Shown piece after piece: positions 51,214 through 55,283 of a stretch of DNA of 55,283 nt; within the stretch, counting starts at the first letter, position 1; each line of letters begins with the position of its first letter. The DNA lies in the IMG/VR virus record IMGVR_UViG_3300032239_000671, positions 1 to 55,283 of that record. One strand, 5' to 3'. The position numbers were made by a program, and so were the translations under genes. The notes under the pieces were generated by a model. It was not told where the DNA came from, searched no databases, and saw only the letters and a list, made by a program, of their open reading frames with translations. The stretch comes from a virus (Duplodnaviria > Caudoviricetes).

Positions 51214-52949
51214 TGTCATTTCTTGATTTTTCACCTCCCTCATACAGAGCAGCATCCTCTGATTTAACAATTTCTATTTCGCCTTTAGGACTTGTTGAAC
51301 TTGCTGACGAAGAATTTGAAGTACACGGTCCTAGGTTAAATAGATACTCTCTTAACTGGGCTATGTATCTTGGACACCATTGGGGCTATCGCCGTGAAGC
51401 AGGCGAAATGCAAATTGCAGTTAACTATTACCGTGCATTCAATGATTTTCTTGCACGGTTTGTATTTGGTAAAGGTGTTCACTTTCGTTCTCCTAAAGCA
51501 ACAGAAGCAATTATTCCAGACCGACTAGAGCGCATTTGGGAAGTAGATAACGACAAAAGTCGTGTTCTTCTTGAGATGGCACAGCAGGGTGGAATCACCG
51601 GTGACGTTTTTGTAAAAATTGCATATGAAGAAGCTTGGGTAGATTCAGCAGGTGGAGCACACCCTGGTCGTGTTCGTCTTCTTCCCATGAACTCTTCTTT
51701 TTGTTTTCCAGAGTTTCACCCCCATGACCGTACACGCCTATTACGTTTTAAACAAAAGTATCGTTTCTGGGGAACATCCCTTGAAGGTACACGTCAAGTA
51801 TTTACTTACACAGAAATTCTTACCGACGACACAATTGAGGAATATGTCAATGATGAGCTTATTGACTCCCGTCCTAATCCTTTAGGACTTATTCCTGTAG
51901 TTCATATTCCTAATGTTCCTGTTTCAGGTTCGCCTTGGGGTCTCGCAGACGCACACGACATCATCACAATAAACCGAGCTTACAACGAGATATCAACTGA
52001 CGTAGCAGACATAATTAACTATCACGCTTCCCCTGTGACAGTTATTGTGGGTGCTAAAGCTTCTAACTTAGAAAAAGGTGCTAAAAAGGTTTGGGGCGGT
52101 CTTCCAAAAGATGCTCAAGTCTTTAACTTAGAAGGTGGTGCGCAGGGTATTGACGGAGCCCTAAAGTACTTAGAACTTCTAAAGCGCTCAATGCATGAAA
52201 TCATGAACATCCCAGAAACCGCACTGGGACAAGTTCAACCTATCTCTAATACTTCAGGTGTTGCGTTGTCTATTCAATACCAACCATTGATGAATCGTTA
52301 TTCTCAAAAAGTTGCGCAATACGGCAAAGGCATTGAAAAAATTAATGAAATTGCTTTAAGAACATTGGCTCTTAAAGAACCAATGGAGTTTATGTATGAC
52401 CCAAATAAAGACGGTCCAATAAAAGAAGGTCAACTTACTCAACTAGATTTTGCTGACCCTTTAACTTACATGAACTACGTTCAGTTCCCTCAACCTCTTC
52501 CGTTAGACAAACTTATTGTTCTTAATGAGATTCAAACCAAATTGGGTATGGGTCTTGAGTCTAAAGAAGGTGCTTTACGCACTCTTGGTGAAGAGTTCCC
52601 AGAAGAAAAACTTCAAGAAATTCGTGAAGAGCTTAAGCAAGATAAACTTGCTGACGGTGCTTTACAACTTCTTCAAATCCAAATTCAGAAACAAATTATG
52701 GATATGACAGGCATGATGCCTGGTCCGGATGGGATGTCTGCAGTCCCACTTGCTCCAACACAGTTAGGTGATGGAGATGTTCTTGGAGATGGAATGATGG
52801 GTCCAGAAACCCCACAAAATGCAGCAGACCCTGCAAATCAGCAAGCACACGGTATGGAACAAGGTGCTGAAGCTGAAATTAGAAATAAACTTGTCACTGA
52901 TGCCTACGGAACTAAACTTCCTCAAAGGAGAACAGTAGACAAGGATTAA
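51213..52949 (+). CDS. Portal protein (SPP1 gp6-like)
   Basis: NPLGLIPVVHIPN, SGVAL; size and position after terL. Confidence 0.88.
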   Translation: MSFLDFSPPSYRAASSDLTISISPLGLVELADEEFEVHGPRLNRYSLNWAMYLGHHWGYRREAGEMQIAVNYYRAFNDFLARFVFGKGVHFRSPKATEAIIPDRLERIWEVDNDKSRVLLEMAQQGGITGDVFVKIAYEEAWVDSAGGAHPGRVRLLPMNSSFCFPEFHPHDRTRLLRFKQKYRFWGTSLEGTRQVFTYTEILTDDTIEEYVNDELIDSRPNPLGLIPVVHIPNVPVSGSPWGLADAHDIITINRAYNEISTDVADIINYHASPVTVIVGAKASNLEKGAKKVWGGLPKDAQVFNLEGGAQGIDGALKYLELLKRSMHEIMNIPETALGQVQPISNTSGVALSIQYQPLMNRYSQKVAQYGKGIEKINEIALRTLALKEPMEFMYDPNKDGPIKEGQLTQLDFADPLTYMNYVQFPQPLPLDKLIVLNEIQTKLGMGLESKEGALRTLGEEFPEEKLQEIREELKQDKLADGALQLLQIQIQKQIMDMTGMMPGPDGMSAVPLAPTQLGDGDVLGDGMMGPETPQNAADPANQQAHGMEQGAEAEIRNKLVTDAYGTKLPQRRTVDKD

Positions 52950-53066
52950 AAATAAATACTCATATAGCGAGATTTTTTATAGTAAATGCTATGAAATTAT
53001 CTTGTTAAACCATGTGATACGCCGAAAGGCATACGGACAACGACACAAGAAAGATAAGTGACCAAT

Positions 53067-53828
53067 ATGGCTGATAATCAAGAAGTATTGGATGCAATTG
53101 CAGAACAAACTGTAGCTGCAGTCCAAGGAGAAGTGGAACCACTAATGGCTGGATTTACTGCAGACGACCTTGCAAAAGCTCGTGCGCAAGAAAAGGCAAA
53201 GCTATATCCACAAATGGAAAAGATGCAGGAAGAACTTGCAAAAGCAAAAGCTCTTGCTGAAGGACTTGCTGCTAAAGATGCAGAACGTGAAGCAGAACGT
53301 GCAGCTAAAAGAGCTGAACGTGAAGCTAAACAAAAAGACAAAGAAGAAAAAGAACTTTCATTCAAGGAACTCCTTTCTAAGAAGGAGCAAGAATTTCAGT
53401 CTCAATTAGAGGCAGAACGTCTTGAGAGAGAACGTGCATTTGCACTCCTTGACACAGAACGTAAGTTCCAAGATTTGATGAACTACCGTGCACAACGCAT
53501 TGAAGAAGAGCGTGACAGTATTGTCCCTCAACTCATTGACTTGGTAAGTGGTTCATCGCAAGACGAGATTGAACAGAGCATTGAAACGTTGAAGGCTAAG
53601 TCTGCAGGTATTATGCAAGACGTTCAGCAAGCAACAGCAAATGCAAAGCAATCAATGGCAGGAACCCGTATTACGGCTCCTGCATCAGGACCCCTGGATA
53701 ATGACTCGGAACACAACCCGTTAACAATTGACCCTTCCAAGGGAATTTCTATGGATGACTACATTAAGAACCGCCAGAAGTATCTTGGCGCTGCTGCAAA
53801 CAACCGTGGTCAGGGACTGTTCGGTTAA
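53067..53828 (+). CDS. Capsid scaffolding protein
   Basis: Charged coiled coil (KARAQEKAKLY) immediately before the major capsid gene. Confidence 0.8.
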   Translation: MADNQEVLDAIAEQTVAAVQGEVEPLMAGFTADDLAKARAQEKAKLYPQMEKMQEELAKAKALAEGLAAKDAEREAERAAKRAEREAKQKDKEEKELSFKELLSKKEQEFQSQLEAERLERERAFALLDTERKFQDLMNYRAQRIEEERDSIVPQLIDLVSGSSQDEIEQSIETLKAKSAGIMQDVQQATANAKQSMAGTRITAPASGPLDNDSEHNPLTIDPSKGISMDDYIKNRQKYLGAAANNRGQGLFG

Positions 53829-53865
53829 TCCCCCTCAACTAACTAAAGAAAGGACTTGACCCAAC

Positions 53866-54993
53866 ATGGCAGGTTCAGCAATCACAGGTTCATCCCAACT
53901 AGCGGGTGCACCAACAGCTTATTCAGGCGCTAACAGCTCTTTGAACCAAGCAATTCAAACAATCTGGAGCAAGGAAATCTTGTTCCAAGCAATGCCAATT
54001 CTTCGTTTTGAACAGTTCGCTGTTAAGAAGACTGAACTAGGAGTAGCTCCTGGTCTTCGTGTGAACTTCCTTCGTTACAAGAACTTTGCAGTAGACCCAT
54101 CACCTCTTACTGAAGGTGTACGTATGACAACTAATGCTCTCACAGCAGAGCAGATTGCAATCACAGTTGCAGAACACGGCTACGCAGTAGCAGTTTCTGA
54201 ACTTCTTTTGAATGCATCATTTGATGACGTTATGGCTTCAGCTTCACGTCTTCTTGGTCGTCACATGGCACAATACCTTGATGTACAGGCACGTAACACA
54301 CTCTCAGCTGCAACATCAGCTGTCTTTGGTTATGACCGCTCAGGCATCACAGGTGGCGCTTTTACAAACTACGATGAAGGTACTCCTGGAACTCAAATTT
54401 CAGACCTTGATGGTGCGTACAAGCTAACCACAGGTGCAATCAAGGATGCAGCTCTTACCCTTGCTGGTAAGAACATCCCTCGCCTTGGTGAGACATACGT
54501 ACAGTTCGTACACCCTAAGCAGTCTCGTGACCTCCGCTCTAACCCAGAGTTTATTGAAGTCACAAAGTACGCTGCACCAGGTAACTTCATGCTCGGTGAA
54601 ATTGGACGTCTTTACGACGTAGTCTTCATTGAAACAACACAGGTTAAGAAGCTTGCTGCTAACGCAGGTTACACAACTTCTTCACTCGTTGGTGCTCCTT
54701 CAGACCAGACAACTGTCCCAGTCCTTCCTAACACAGGTCGTGGTCAAGGCGGAAACCCTGAGAACACAGGCGAAACATCTGGTTACTTCACAAACGCAAC
54801 AGGTAATGCTGCTGAAGTTTATGAGTCAATCATGATTGGTGACAACGCATTTGGTCACGCAATCTCTCTCCCAGTTGAACTACGTGACGGTGGCGTTCTT
54901 GACTTCGGTCGTGAGCACGCTCTTGCATGGTACGCAATTTGGGGTCTTGGTGTTATCACCGACCAAGCTATCGTCAAGGTTTACACAAACTAA
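53866..54993 (+). CDS. Major capsid protein (N4-gp56-like family)
   Basis: F.QFA..K, LTEGV, EHG, VHP.Q..DLR, GEIG.LY.V.FIET, DFGR; strongly biased codons. Confidence 0.9.
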   Translation: MAGSAITGSSQLAGAPTAYSGANSSLNQAIQTIWSKEILFQAMPILRFEQFAVKKTELGVAPGLRVNFLRYKNFAVDPSPLTEGVRMTTNALTAEQIAITVAEHGYAVAVSELLLNASFDDVMASASRLLGRHMAQYLDVQARNTLSAATSAVFGYDRSGITGGAFTNYDEGTPGTQISDLDGAYKLTTGAIKDAALTLAGKNIPRLGETYVQFVHPKQSRDLRSNPEFIEVTKYAAPGNFMLGEIGRLYDVVFIETTQVKKLAANAGYTTSSLVGAPSDQTTVPVLPNTGRGQGGNPENTGETSGYFTNATGNAAEVYESIMIGDNAFGHAISLPVELRDGGVLDFGREHALAWYAIWGLGVITDQAIVKVYTN

Positions 54994-55000
54994 GACACCC

Positions 55001-55045
55001 GATGACTGTGGGCCCTACTCCTTCCTGGGCCCACAGTTATCATTT
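55001..55045 (+). terminator. Hairpin after the capsid gene (15-bp stem, 11-nt CU-rich loop)
   Basis: GATGACTGTGGGCCC-tactccttcct-GGGCCCACAGTTATC followed by ATTT. Confidence 0.65.
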
Positions 55046-55074
55046 AACAAAACTAATTTAGGAGAATAATCAAC

Positions 55075-55283
55075 GTGGCAAATACACCAACATCACCGCT
55101 TGACGCAACAGGTCGTGCAGCGGAAGCAGCAGCAAAGAAGAACGCAAAAGCAATTCAAGACCGCAAAGATGAAATTTCTATTGCGGCACAAGTTGAGGCA
55201 GAGAGTCTGGACAGGGATGTTTTTGACCCTAAGAAACCAGATGCTCCACTTGTTCTAGATGAAATTGAAAATATTGGAGTTAC
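55075..55283 (+). CDS. Hypothetical head-region protein (3'-truncated)
   Basis: GTG start after AGGAG; open to the window end. Confidence 0.65.
   Translation, partial: MANTPTSPLDATGRAAEAAAKKNAKAIQDRKDEISIAAQVEAESLDRDVFDPKKPDAPLVLDEIENIGV

Noticed and set aside
1-55283. Stop-codon reassignment
   Set aside because: Long conserved genes are intact in the standard code, and TAA, TAG and TGA all terminate genes

Overview
This window is a 55 kb segment of a tailed dsDNA phage (Caudoviricetes). The host is most likely a low-GC Actinobacterium such as a freshwater lineage, inferred from two WhiB genes, FmdB- and DUF5679-like proteins and many leaderless genes. The layout is: (i) 1-9300 (+) replication/recombination genes (MerR-like HTH, gp32-like SSB, PolA, RecA, two resolvase-like nucleases, WhiB, Cas4-like exonuclease, dNMP kinase, SpoVS) plus a secreted subtilase; (ii) 9300-17900 (+) small orphan genes and a nucleotidyltransferase / HAD-like / TGT-like trio; (iii) a class II ribonucleotide reductase; (iv) 20100-31900 (-) lytic transglycosylase, an unusual tyrosine recombinase and a ~10 kb early-type operon with a MoxR-AAA/vWA pair; (v) a ~1 kb non-coding control region; (vi) an ADP-ribosyltransferase/GNAT cassette, tRNA-Gln, HNH genes, endolysin, a proteasome-beta-like peptidase and a PA14/FN3 surface protein; (vii) terminase, portal, scaffold and major capsid genes. 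The most interesting unexplained signals are two hairpins of identical architecture whose loops are complementary to the phage's own ribosome-binding sites, shared N-terminal (NLSxxQF) and C-terminal (ExELW) peptide tags on unrelated proteins, an intact nucleotidyltransferase coupled to two apparent pseudo-enzymes, a recombinase with a Zn-finger insert and internal DNA repeats, and a ~360 nt structured leader. All calls come from reading motifs by eye; no database search was run.
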